Shown: positions 1 to 8,938, numbered from the stretch's first letter. The stretch: DNA of 39,283 nt from Nanobdellota archaeon (GCA_027364705.1 DAHXOU010000048.1:1-39283); one strand, 5' to 3'. Made by a program: numbers and translations. Notes: generated by a model not told the origin, from the sequence alone.

Positions 1-166
1 GTTATAGTCCAGTCGTCATATTAATAGTGAACACTTGACATAGGCCGCTATGATAACATCCTTTTCAGGACAACTGATTTATCCGTACCAGCTTAACATA
101 TATAAGAAAATATATATATTTAAATTGTTATATTCACTTAAGAATGTCAATAGATTACTATTCAGC

Positions 167-463
167 TCAATAATTTGGCATTAATTCATTGTGCCCAAAC
201 TGAATTACCAAATCTATTTTTGGTTTTAAATCCTCAATTCCCGTCGGAGAATCGCATGCACCATAACAAGTTCCAATCCAAATTAAAAATTCAGAGTTAG
301 TTTTCTCGCGCAAAAAATCCACAACAGAAGTCGCATAAGGTTTCAGTCCGTCTGGAAATTGCAGCAAAACAAGTTTTGCTTTTTTGGTTTTAATTTCAGA
401 AATTATTCTGTCCAGTTCCAGATCATATTTTTCTCGAAGTTCTTCAATTGTTTTCTGTTTCAT
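167..463 (-). pseudogene. dph2: N-terminal fragment (98 aa) of diphthamide synthesis protein Dph2 (2-(3-amino-3-carboxypropyl)histidine synthase); truncated or split
   Basis: 'KAKLVLLQFPDGLKPYA' and 'CYGACD...DLVIQFGHN' match the N-terminal domain of archaeal Dph2. The ORF stops at about residue 98 of an expected ~330. I hand-translated the remaining 166 nt downstream (minus strand) in all three frames and found no Dph2-like continuation. Confidence 0.5.
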
Positions 464-620
464 TTTAATTTAATCTTCTTGTATTTTTTATAACTTTGTA
501 TTCCAAAAAATTTAAATAATTTGGAACTATAGAATATTCAAGGAAAAGAGGCGAAAGAATCAGTTCAAAGCGATCTTAGGATCCAACTTTGCTGCTTTTG
601 TTGCCTACTTTTCTATTATT

Positions 621-1046
621 CTAAAATATTAAATGTTCCCGAACATAGAAATAAATTAATTCCGCGAACAGTCCTCCAAAGAACCAAAATGGAGCAAGCT
701 CTAATCGAATAATTCCTTTGAAGTTATATTTTGTAAGACGAGAATAATCCCAAGGAATTGCATGAAATCTTTTTAGAATAAAACCTGAACTAAATTCAAG
801 AAGATAAAATAATACCATGTAGATTAATCCTCTTAAAAGAAAGTGATATTGAGAAAAATAAGTCGTAACAAACAATACAATAAAATAAACAAAGCCATAA
901 ATAAAAAACATCCACAGCGACGATGTTCCTCTAAGACATTTATCTTTTTTATTTTTTAAACCATTAATGGAAGTAAATAAAATTTCCAAGAAAACACCCA
1001 ATACTCCGAAGAATACAAAAAATAAAACATCCTCCACTAAGTTCAT
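621..1046 (-). CDS. small polytopic membrane protein, CmpB-like ('putative ABC-transporter type IV', PF06541-like)
   Basis: 141-aa ORF with about 4 hydrophobic helices. The N-terminal 'FFGVLGVFLEILFTS' and the C-terminal 'IPWDYS...FKGIIRLELAPFWFFGG' resemble the family signature. Its ATG overlaps the upstream gene's stop (ATGA at 1043-1046). Confidence 0.55.
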   Translation of the reverse strand: MNLVEDVLFFVFFGVLGVFLEILFTSINGLKNKKDKCLRGTSSLWMFFIYGFVYFIVLFVTTYFSQYHFLLRGLIYMVLFYLLEFSSGFILKRFHAIPWDYSRLTKYNFKGIIRLELAPFWFFGGLFAELIYFYVREHLIF

Positions 1047-2185
1047 ATTCTAAATATTCTCCTTACAAACGTGAAAAATTTATTCATCTTGAATTCCTTA
1101 AGTTTAATTGCACCAACAGGACAAATTGGAACACAGGAATAACAGGAGATACATTTAGATTTATCAAATTTCAATTTTTTATTTTCGATTTTGTAAGCTC
1201 CTGTCGGACATCGGGAAATACATTTTTTGCAAAGGTTGCATTTTGAAGTTACTCTTGGCACAGCATAGGTTTTTGTAATTAACGCCGATTCTTTTTTTAT
1301 GTCGACAATAGGTCCATTTTGCAGTTTGTCAAAAATAACTTTATTGAACTTTCCAAAAACCTGGACATCTTTCACATTGATTAATTTTCTTTTTTCTGCG
1401 AGAGTTATCGTCGGTAAATCTTCAGGAGAATAACCAATAATCTGACAGGCAACCACATCAAGAGCGAGAGGATTCATCGATGCAAGAATGTAGCCGACTT
1501 TTTTTGGTTTACCGAGAACTGCTGCAGGTCCTCCGTCTAGTCCAACAACGCCATCCATCACAGATAAAATTTTTGGTTTAATACTCTGATAAATATCCAG
1601 CAAAATTTCAGCAAATTCATTTATGTTTTTAGTTTTCAAATGAAGCAACTGTTTGTATCCGCCAGGAGGAATTCCATAAAGATTTTTCAAAGCTCCTGAA
1701 AATCTCATTAACATATGTGTCTTCAGTTTCGGCACATCGACGATTAAATCAAAATCATTTATCATTTCAGGAAGATAAAGTTCATCAAGAAATTTGAGAT
1801 TTTTCTGGGGAACAGAAACTATTTTCTCATTTTCAAATGCAACAAGAGGAATAGAATATTTCTTTGCAACGTCAGCAATCTTTGAAGTTTTGTAAGCTAG
1901 TTGAGTATATCCTTTAATGTAGAAAGAAGAAGATTCTCCAATTACAACCTCACAATTTTTTCTCTGAAAATATCTGCACAAAAAATCAATCAAGGTGTAA
2001 TGAGTTACTGAACCTTGTTCGGGCGTGTTCTGACTGACAAGATTTGGTTTTATCAAAATCTTTGAACGTGGTTTTATTTCAAAATTAATTTTCCCAAGTG
2101 CTTTTTCGATTGCATCATCTATCTCATTTTGCTTGTAAGAATCGCACGGAACAATCGAAACGTTATTGTCTGAATCTCCTCTCAT
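1043..2185 (-). CDS. DUF362-domain protein with C-terminal 2x[4Fe-4S] ferredoxin domain
   Basis: Core motifs are 'ILIKPNLV' and 'DVPKLKTHMLMRFSGALKNLYG'. There are two CxxCxxCxxxCP motifs (CNLCKKCISRCP, CISCYSCVPICP). I moved the start to the ATG at 2185 (MRGDSDNNVSIVPCDSY...) because the track start at 2242 is a TTG that overlaps infB. Confidence 0.8.
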   Translation of the reverse strand: MRGDSDNNVSIVPCDSYKQNEIDDAIEKALGKINFEIKPRSKILIKPNLVSQNTPEQGSVTHYTLIDFLCRYFQRKNCEVVIGESSSFYIKGYTQLAYKTSKIADVAKKYSIPLVAFENEKIVSVPQKNLKFLDELYLPEMINDFDLIVDVPKLKTHMLMRFSGALKNLYGIPPGGYKQLLHLKTKNINEFAEILLDIYQSIKPKILSVMDGVVGLDGGPAAVLGKPKKVGYILASMNPLALDVVACQIIGYSPEDLPTITLAEKRKLINVKDVQVFGKFNKVIFDKLQNGPIVDIKKESALITKTYAVPRVTSKCNLCKKCISRCPTGAYKIENKKLKFDKSKCISCYSCVPICPVGAIKLKEFKMNKFFTFVRRIFRI

Positions 2186-2206
2186 AATAAAAATAATTTG
2201 ATTAAG

Positions 2207-2214
2207 TTTATAAG
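2207..2214. promoter_or_regulatory. single near-palindromic TATA box (TTTATAAG) shared by divergent DUF362 gene and infB
   Basis: The element centre (~2210) lies 25 nt from the ATG at 2185 (minus) and 26 nt from the ATG at 2236 (plus). That is the archaeal TATA-to-TSS distance, so it implies leaderless mRNAs in both directions. Confidence 0.4.
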
Positions 2215-2235
2215 TATTTTCTCCATCTATTTTGC

Positions 2236-3987
2236 ATGACAATCAGACAGCCAATCGTTACAATTTGCGGACATGTTGACCATGGAAAAACCAGTATTCT
2301 TGATTTTTTTAGGAAGACATCTCTTCAGGGAATGGAAGCGGGTGGAATAACGCAGAAAATTTCTTTCACATCTTATCCAAAAAGTCAGATAGAAAAAGCT
2401 TTCCCGTTTATAGTAAAAAAAGGAATAAAATTAGAAATCCCTGGTTTCTTATTCATTGACACGCCAGGTCACGCGGCGTTCACAAATTTAAGAAAGCGTG
2501 GTGGAAGTCTTGCAGATCTAGCAATTTTAGTAATCGATATCAATGAAGGAATAAAACCGCAAACCGCGGAAGTAATCCAGATTTTGAAACACAACAAAAC
2601 TCCTTTTCTAATCGCGCTGAATAAAATTGATAACATTGGAGGCTGGAGAACAAATAAAGATTCAAATATCGGTTTGCAAAGAAGTATTGAAACTCAGCCG
2701 ATAAATGTCAAGCCGATTTTCGACGAGAGATATATGACAATTGCTGGCGCATTAAGTTCTTACGGATTTGATGCAGATTTATTTTACAATATTGAAGATT
2801 TCACAAAAAAGATTACACTGGTTCCCTGCTCAGCAAGAACAGGAGAAGGAATGAATGAACTGATGATGATGCTTTGTGGTTTATCTCAAAAATATTTGAC
2901 TGAAAAATTAAAGCTAAGCAAAGAAGCAAAAGGAGTAATTCTCGAAGTAAAAAAAGAAAAGTCAAATGATTATGCTGAGGCAGTTCTTTACGACGGAGAA
3001 TTGCAAAAAGGAGATGAAATTGCTGTCGCAAATATTGAAGGAAATCCGACAATAACAAGAGTTCGTGTCGTCGAAGAAATAGAACCGTTGAGTGTCAGAT
3101 TCAAAATGAAAGAAAAAGTTCACGCAGCGACAGGATTGAGATTGCAGTTCAGTGAAAGAATTGATGTTCTTCCAGGAATGCCTTTCCTTGCTTACGATGG
3201 AGATAAAGAAAAGGTGAAAGAAATTTTCAAAAAAGAATTAACAGAAAATATTAAGACAGATAAAAAAGGAATCATTGCAAAAGCAGATTCTCTTGGAAGT
3301 CTTGAAGCACTTTTAGTTTTACTTAGACAAGCGAACGTTCCTGTTTTGAAAGCAGGAATTGGAAACATAAACAAAGCAGATTTCTCAAACGCGAAAGCAA
3401 ATTTAGAGATAGATGAATTGGACGCAATAATTTTGGGTTTCAATGTTTCAACTAACGAAGATGCAAAAGAACTCTTAACAGAAAATAAATCAATAAAAGT
3501 CATCGTAGATGAAGTTGTCTATAAATTAATTGATAATATTGTTGAGTTCAGAAATACAAGAAGAAAAGAAATAGAGAAAGCAAAACTTATGGAACTCGCG
3601 ACTTTGTGCAAATTAAAAATTCTGCACCAATATGTTTTCAGAAATAGCAATCCTGCTGTCTTTGGAGTTAAGGTCGAAGCAGGTAAGTTAACACCGACGA
3701 CAAATTTCATGAATGAAGAAAATGAAGATGTCGGCAGAATAAAAAATATTCAGGAAAATAAAGAATCAGTCCAGGAAGCATCAGAAGGAATGGAAGTTGC
3801 AATTTCAATTCCAGGAGTTAATTTTGAAAGAGAACTAAAAGACAGGCAATTTTTATATTCCAATATCGGAGAAAAACAATTCAAAGCGTTCAAGAAAAAT
3901 AGAGAATTACTTTCTGGAAGCGAAATGAAAATCTTGAGCGAAATTGCCGAGATAAAACGGAAAAAGAAAGAAGAGTGGGGGAAATAA
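2236..3987 (+). CDS. infB: translation initiation factor aIF5B (IF-2 family GTPase)
   Basis: 583 aa with GTPase motifs 'GHVDHGKTSILD', 'DTPGH' and 'NKID'. Length and C-terminal domain layout are typical of archaeal aIF5B. Confidence 0.95.
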   Translation: MTIRQPIVTICGHVDHGKTSILDFFRKTSLQGMEAGGITQKISFTSYPKSQIEKAFPFIVKKGIKLEIPGFLFIDTPGHAAFTNLRKRGGSLADLAILVIDINEGIKPQTAEVIQILKHNKTPFLIALNKIDNIGGWRTNKDSNIGLQRSIETQPINVKPIFDERYMTIAGALSSYGFDADLFYNIEDFTKKITLVPCSARTGEGMNELMMMLCGLSQKYLTEKLKLSKEAKGVILEVKKEKSNDYAEAVLYDGELQKGDEIAVANIEGNPTITRVRVVEEIEPLSVRFKMKEKVHAATGLRLQFSERIDVLPGMPFLAYDGDKEKVKEIFKKELTENIKTDKKGIIAKADSLGSLEALLVLLRQANVPVLKAGIGNINKADFSNAKANLEIDELDAIILGFNVSTNEDAKELLTENKSIKVIVDEVVYKLIDNIVEFRNTRRKEIEKAKLMELATLCKLKILHQYVFRNSNPAVFGVKVEAGKLTPTTNFMNEENEDVGRIKNIQENKESVQEASEGMEVAISIPGVNFERELKDRQFLYSNIGEKQFKAFKKNRELLSGSEMKILSEIAEIKRKKKEEWGK

Positions 3988-4032
3988 ATTAGTATAACAA
4001 TTCTTAAAAATGATAAAAGTTTATCAATTAAA

Positions 4033-4347
4033 ATGTCAAATATAGGAAGCCCAATAAAAGGATTTATAGAACAAACAAAAAATCAAGCTATTGCAGGGTT
4101 GGGAGATTGGGAACTTAAAGCCCCAATTGAATTAGAATTAAATGCTATTGTTTCTGGGAAAGTTGGGGGAGAGATGGATATTCAAGTTATTAATTTTGGT
4201 GCAAAAGTTGAAGCAAAACAACGACAAAAAATTAAGATTTCTATTGGGCCTAAAGATGAAGCAGAACAAGAAGAAAGAAAAGCGAGAATAGCAAAAGCAA
4301 AAGTAATTCAGAGTAGAGCTTACGAAGCAGTTTTTGGGAATAATTAA
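4033..4347 (+). CDS. small protein with trypco2-like (trypsin-co-occurring domain 2-like) beta-rich core and a charged helical tail
   Basis: 104 aa. An N-terminal helix is followed by 'WELKAPIELELNAIVSGKVGGEMDIQVINFGAKVEAKQRQKIKISIGP'. This follows the alternating hydrophobic E-x-E-x / GG / GAK / x-h-x-h-x-P pattern I associate with trypco2 domains of conflict systems. The assignment is from memory, not from an HMM. Confidence 0.4.
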   Translation: MSNIGSPIKGFIEQTKNQAIAGLGDWELKAPIELELNAIVSGKVGGEMDIQVINFGAKVEAKQRQKIKISIGPKDEAEQEERKARIAKAKVIQSRAYEAVFGNN

Positions 4348-4354
4348 TTTTTAA

Positions 4355-4798
4355 TCAGTATTCAATATCCCATTTTTTAAATAACCAACGAATAGAAGGA
4401 TAATCTTTTCTTGCAGCATAATTTCCTTTGAATAAAACACTAGTTTCATAAAAATGTTCTTTAACAGAGATAAGTAATTTTTTGAAATATAATTTTACAT
4501 TTTCTTCATTAAGTAATTTTTGATGAATACAAACTGCTAAATATTCATAATAATCAAACAATAAAGTATCATAATTTATTGCAATAAATTCAAAATCATT
4601 TTCATTCTCATCCATTTTTTCTTTATATTCATTTAATTTTATTCCTATTTCTCGCTGTTGTTTTACTAGCTCATTAAATAAATTATCTTGATTTAAAATT
4701 TTATCATTTTGAATAGTTTTGTATAAGACTCCGGCAGTTCCAAGAGCTATGAATGTAGAAATAAGTTGAATTATTACAATTAAAATATTAGTATCCAT
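4355..4798 (-). CDS. single-pass membrane protein with helical cytoplasmic/extracytoplasmic domain (possibly DUF4760-like)
   Basis: I set the start at the ATG at 4798 (MDTNILIVIIQLISTFIALGTAGVLY...), which is preceded by the SD-like GGTGGGG. The track start at 4885 is a TTG that adds a K/R-rich non-hydrophobic leader. 'FDYYEYLAVCIHQKLLNEENVKLYF' resembles the DUF4760 core. The gene is convergent with 4033-4347, with only 7 nt between the stop codons. Confidence 0.45.
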   Translation of the reverse strand: MDTNILIVIIQLISTFIALGTAGVLYKTIQNDKILNQDNLFNELVKQQREIGIKLNEYKEKMDENENDFEFIAINYDTLLFDYYEYLAVCIHQKLLNEENVKLYFKKLLISVKEHFYETSVLFKGNYAARKDYPSIRWLFKKWDIEY

Positions 4799-4923
4799 AT
4801 GAGCGTCCCCACCCTTTTTTTGATTTGGGTACTCTCTTTTTTTCGCACTTTTTTTTTGAAGAAGAACAACGTTTCTTTTTCTCAACCATATGAAATATAA
4901 TTTTATGTTATTTAAAATCTTTT

Positions 4924-5610
4924 CTAATCATCCTTCCATCCAATTTTCAAATGTTCGCCGTCACAAAATGGTTTATTCTTTGATTTCCCACATCTGCATA
5001 ATGTAACCCTATTTCTTATTTCATATTTTTTTCCAGTGTGCGATTGTATTGGAATTTTTCCTTTAACCCAAATAGGTCCACTGCATTTTCCGCCTGTATC
5101 TTCTATAAAACTTATTGACGGCTTGAATTTCGGTTCAAACTTTTTTCCTTTCTTGTCGCACGCAATTAATCTTCCCGACGGACAATTACACGCTTCCTCA
5201 ATTGCAAGTTTCCTGAATTTAGGATTGTCAGAATTTTGAGTAAGGTCCCACACGCCTTGTTTCCTATGACAAAATCTCGCGCTAGAACAAAAACTCGGCG
5301 CGTCAAGCAAATCCAATTTTTTCCCTGAAAGTTTTCCTGCCTGTTCAATATATTTTTTATCAACAGCAGTTTCCTTTCCGTTGAATTTTATCTTCATATG
5401 AGTTCCGTCGCAAAACGGCTTGTGCCCCGAATGCCCGCATCGACATAAAGAACAACTTCCTATGTAAGAATAATTCTTTCCCTTTTTCCATTTCATCGGG
5501 TTACCTTCCGCGTCGTCAACCGAAACCTCTTTCATCATCGGAATTTTCCCCGAGACAAGATACGGCCCGTTCTCAGAAACAACTATCTTCCCCTTTTTCA
5601 TATAGGACAT
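4924..5610 (-). CDS. CDGSH-type iron-sulfur protein (two CDGSH-like motifs flanking a Cys-rich mono-cluster-like centre)
   Basis: Motifs are 'CRCGHSGHKPFCDGTH' and 'CRCGKSKNKPFCDGEH', with a central 'FCSSARFCHRK...ACNCPSGRL'. The true start may be the 4th codon (ATG at 5601), given the TATA box TTTATATAAA at 5623-5632. Confidence 0.8.
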   Translation of the reverse strand: MSYMKKGKIVVSENGPYLVSGKIPMMKEVSVDDAEGNPMKWKKGKNYSYIGSCSLCRCGHSGHKPFCDGTHMKIKFNGKETAVDKKYIEQAGKLSGKKLDLLDAPSFCSSARFCHRKQGVWDLTQNSDNPKFRKLAIEEACNCPSGRLIACDKKGKKFEPKFKPSISFIEDTGGKCSGPIWVKGKIPIQSHTGKKYEIRNRVTLCRCGKSKNKPFCDGEHLKIGWKDD

Positions 5611-5676
5611 TACTCATGGTTGTTTATATAAATTGCGAACCAAATAATTTAAAAAATCCAAACCCTTAACCAAAAT

Positions 5677-6522
5677 ATGAAAAGAGGTGGGGTATTAGGA
5701 ATTTTATTTGTAATAATATTATCGGGAGTTGTGACAGCAGCATCAAATTGTATTTTGAATGTTTCTATGATTAATCAAGACCCTTACCCAGCAACACCAG
5801 GCGAATCAGTTAAAGTCGTGTTCAAAATCGACGGAATATCGTCGCCAGGGTGCCAAGATGTAACTTTCGAAGTCGAGGAAAATTTCCCATTCACAGTAGA
5901 CCCAGAAACAACAAACCCTGTAAAAATAACAGCGGGAACATATTCAACAGATTACAATTCTTTTTACATCGCGCCATATAAATTAAGAGTGGACAAAGCT
6001 GCATTAAAAGGGGACACACCAATAGAAGTTATGTATTACTCAAGCACATCAACAAAAACAACTGAAAAGTTCAATATTTACGTCGAGGATACAAAAACAG
6101 ATTTTGAAATTTTCATAAAAGATTACGATTCAGTCGCTAAGACATTGACATTCGAAATATTAAACACAGGCGAAGTGGATATTGAAGCACTCACATTAGA
6201 AATTCCAAAACAAGATAATATTGAAGTGAAAAAAACAAATAAAGTAGTTGTTGGAGATTTAGATTCAAACGAATACACAACTGCAGATTTCGAAGCAATC
6301 CCCAAAGATGGAGAGATAAAGATAAAAATAATTTATACCGATTCTACAAACACAAGAAGAGAAATTGAAAAAATAGTTAATTTCGATTCTTCTTATTTTG
6401 AAGGATTAACAAGAAATCAAACTTCATTGCCGATTTATTTTTTCATAATAATTTTTGCAGTAATTGCTTTTGTTGGTTGGAGAATTTATAAGAAATACAA
6501 AAAGAAAAGATTACATCATTAA
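5677..6522 (+). CDS. secreted, C-terminally TM-anchored beta-sandwich surface protein (COG1361 / CARDB-like), partner of the adjacent ABC exporter
   Basis: It has a signal peptide (GILFVIILSGVVTAAS) and the COG1361-type motif 'QDPYPATPGESVKVVFKI', then two beta-rich domains, a C-terminal TM (LPIYFFIIIFAVIAFVGW) and a basic tail. A-rich TATA at about 5647-5656. Confidence 0.65.
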   Translation: MKRGGVLGILFVIILSGVVTAASNCILNVSMINQDPYPATPGESVKVVFKIDGISSPGCQDVTFEVEENFPFTVDPETTNPVKITAGTYSTDYNSFYIAPYKLRVDKAALKGDTPIEVMYYSSTSTKTTEKFNIYVEDTKTDFEIFIKDYDSVAKTLTFEILNTGEVDIEALTLEIPKQDNIEVKKTNKVVVGDLDSNEYTTADFEAIPKDGEIKIKIIYTDSTNTRREIEKIVNFDSSYFEGLTRNQTSLPIYFFIIIFAVIAFVGWRIYKKYKKKRLHH

Positions 6523-6524
6523 TT

Positions 6525-7727
6525 CTATTCGTATCTTAATGCATTTATTGGTCTGACTTTTGTTGCTTTAATTGCAGGAGCAACTCCTGAAATCGCGCCA
6601 GTCACGACGGCAAAAGCCACACAGCCGAAGAATAACCAGAAAGAGTAATAAGGAGAAAGAAAATTATATCCAACGATTTCTAAAATTCTCGCGCCAATAG
6701 AAGTTAATCCAAATCCGAAAAGAACTCCGATAACACCGCCAACAAAACCCAAGAACGCGCTTTCGAAAAGGAAAATTCCAAAAATTTCTGCATTCGTTCC
6801 GCCGACTGATTTAATGATTCCAATTTCTTTTGTTCTTTCTAAAACCGAAGTCCCCATAGTATTTGCAGTATTAACTGCAGAAACGAAAATAGAAATTAAC
6901 GCGATTAAAATAATAAAACCAACTACAATTTGCAAAATACTTGAATAAGATGCAATCATATCTTCGTAAGTTTGCGCGAAAAAATCTTCCTTGCCTTCTT
7001 CAATACCTCTTTCTCGTCGAAGATTTTTGGTTATATCATCAACAACTTTATCAATTTTAGAAATGTCTGCGTCAGCAACAATCCAATTATAAGAAATATT
7101 TTCTCCGAAAATTTCTTTCATCATATCATTGGAAATGTAAATCTGCGAGTCATCTGTCGGATTTCCAATTGACTCATAAAAACCAACAATCTTAAATTTC
7201 TGCCCATTGATTTCAATATTTTGATTTACAGAATAAGGTTTAGGAAAAATTTTATCGCTAACAAGATAATTATAACCCAAAACAACTCCTCTATCGCCAG
7301 GTTTTAATTCTCTGCCCTTAAAAATTCCGAGGTTAAATAATTCAATAAGAAGTGGTTTCACAGGGTCGTAAGCAATCAGATAAGTATAAGATAATTTTTT
7401 ATCCTGTTTAACTTCAACTGTCTTAAAATAAATCCCGCTCGCATCATAAACTCCAGAAGTTCTTTGAACAGCTTTCAAATCATCTTCGCTAAAAGAGAAA
7501 GTTGTATCTAATCCTATCCCTCCGATTCCTTTTGGTTGAATGAAAATTTTATTTGCAGAAGAACTCGTTGAAATATTTTCTATATAGTTGTAAAGCCCCA
7601 ACCCAAAACTTACAAAAACAAAAATCATCATTATTCCCATCATTATCGAGAATAAAGTTAGAAAACTACGCGTTTTTCTGTTCTTCAAATTTCTCAAAGA
7701 GTACATTACACTTTCTTTCTTAATCAT
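6525..7727 (-). CDS. ABC transporter permease, FtsX/MacB-like
   Basis: 400 aa. The N-terminal 'LRNLKNRKTRSFLT' TM is followed by a large extracytoplasmic domain and a C-terminal FtsX 3-TM bundle ('ERTKEIGIIKSVGGT'). The start overlaps the upstream stop. Confidence 0.9.
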   Translation of the reverse strand: MIKKESVMYSLRNLKNRKTRSFLTLFSIMMGIMMIFVFVSFGLGLYNYIENISTSSSANKIFIQPKGIGGIGLDTTFSFSEDDLKAVQRTSGVYDASGIYFKTVEVKQDKKLSYTYLIAYDPVKPLLIELFNLGIFKGRELKPGDRGVVLGYNYLVSDKIFPKPYSVNQNIEINGQKFKIVGFYESIGNPTDDSQIYISNDMMKEIFGENISYNWIVADADISKIDKVVDDITKNLRRERGIEEGKEDFFAQTYEDMIASYSSILQIVVGFIILIALISIFVSAVNTANTMGTSVLERTKEIGIIKSVGGTNAEIFGIFLFESAFLGFVGGVIGVLFGFGLTSIGARILEIVGYNFLSPYYSFWLFFGCVAFAVVTGAISGVAPAIKATKVRPINALRYE

Positions 7728-8938
7728 GATTCCTCCCTCAACGCATGAATTGGATTCTGTCGCGCAGCTTTCATCGCTGGAAAAATCCCTGCTGCCGAAC
7801 CGATGACAAAACTCCCTAATAAAGAAAAAAAGATTAAAGAAAAATTAATCCTTGGAAGTGTCGTCGCGCCAAAAAAATTATTTATTGTCAAAGTTCCAAA
7901 ATATCCAATTAAAGTTCCGAAGATAATTCCAACTGCCCCGCCAATAATTCCGAGAAAACCCGATTCAATAAAAAATTGTAAAAAAATCTGCGAATTTCTA
8001 GCCCCGATGGATTTCATAATTCCAATCTCGCGTCGCCTCTCTAAAACAGAAGTTGTCATCGTGTTAATAATTCCAACTGCACCGATAAGAATAGAAATCG
8101 AAGCGATAATAATAACAAAAATCTGAATCGCATCTAAAACCTGATTGACTTGCGACAAAGTCGATTCTGGCGTAGAAACAACAAAATCTTCACTACCAAC
8201 ATCAACATTTCTTCTCTCTCTAAGTAACTTCTCAATATCTTCCTTCGCCTTAGAGATAAAATCTTTATTATGAACCTTGATCGAAATTATATCAACATTT
8301 TCCCCGTAACCAGCAAGTTCTTCCAAATCTTTATCAAAAATCATTACACTCGCATCATAAATAAAACTGCCCTTTTTATTTAAAATACCGACGACATTAA
8401 AACTCTCGCCATTAACTAAAATTTCTTTTCCAGCAGTAAGTGTCTTATCAAAACCATTTGTATCTGCATTATAAAAATTATTTCCTAAAAGAACTTTTTT
8501 CGAATCTCCCGGTTTCAGCAATCGCCCGAACTCAGCGTCAATGTCCATAATAGAATAAAGTTCTTTTTCATATTCTTCATCAATCGAAACTGCAGAGGTA
8601 ATTTGCACAACATCATTATATTCCAGTTTAATTGTTTCAATGGTTCTCCCGACGGCAAACTCGACTGAACTCAATTCATTAATCGCTCGAACATCAGATT
8701 TAGTTAATGGTTTTACAACATCTGAACCTGGGGCAGAAAATGACGAACCGCCAGCCTGAACACTTATAATTTCCGTTGATTCAATACCAAACTGTGAAGT
8801 AACTGCAATCTTTAATCCATCACCTAAACTCATCAATGAAACAACTGCAGCAATTCCAATAAAAATTCCAATAAGAGTAAGCCAACTTCTAATTCCTTTT
8901 CGTTTTAAATTTCTCAATGCAAATAAAAAATAGTTCAT
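7724..8938 (-). CDS. ABC transporter permease, FtsX/MacB-like (second paralog)
   Basis: 404 aa with 'ALRNLKRKGIRSWLT' and 'ERRREIGIMKSIGAR'. It has the same architecture as its neighbour and overlaps the genes on both sides. Confidence 0.9.
   Translation of the reverse strand: MNYFLFALRNLKRKGIRSWLTLIGIFIGIAAVVSLMSLGDGLKIAVTSQFGIESTEIISVQAGGSSFSAPGSDVVKPLTKSDVRAINELSSVEFAVGRTIETIKLEYNDVVQITSAVSIDEEYEKELYSIMDIDAEFGRLLKPGDSKKVLLGNNFYNADTNGFDKTLTAGKEILVNGESFNVVGILNKKGSFIYDASVMIFDKDLEELAGYGENVDIISIKVHNKDFISKAKEDIEKLLRERRNVDVGSEDFVVSTPESTLSQVNQVLDAIQIFVIIIASISILIGAVGIINTMTTSVLERRREIGIMKSIGARNSQIFLQFFIESGFLGIIGGAVGIIFGTLIGYFGTLTINNFFGATTLPRINFSLIFFSLLGSFVIGSAAGIFPAMKAARQNPIHALREES

Noticed and set aside
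1-166. A slightly GC-richer non-coding patch downstream of the Dph2 stub. I considered a tRNA, a C/D-box sRNA (ATGATAA ... CTGA on the plus strand at about 50-77) or the 5' end of another ncRNA.
   Set aside because: - I found no tRNA T-loop or acceptor pairing.
- The C-like and D-like boxes are only about 20 nt apart, with no C'/D' pair or terminal stem.
- The evidence is too weak to call, and the region abuts the window edge.
2813-3710. Minus-strand ORFs inside infB (2813-3058, 3192-3503, 3519-3710). Similar antisense ORFs occur inside the ABC genes, the nuclease, gyrA, gyrB and the beta-helix gene.
   Set aside because: They are antisense shadows of confidently identified conserved genes. 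They have no motifs, and their composition is typical of the reverse frame of AT-rich coding DNA.
4799-4885. Longer track starts at TTG codons: 4885 for the TM protein, and likewise 2242, 9648, 14649, 15818 and 39271
   Set aside because: In each case a downstream ATG gives a canonical family N-terminus or a better TATA/SD context. The TTG-initiated extension is compositionally odd or overlaps a neighbouring gene. For 39271 the frame is simply open to the window edge.
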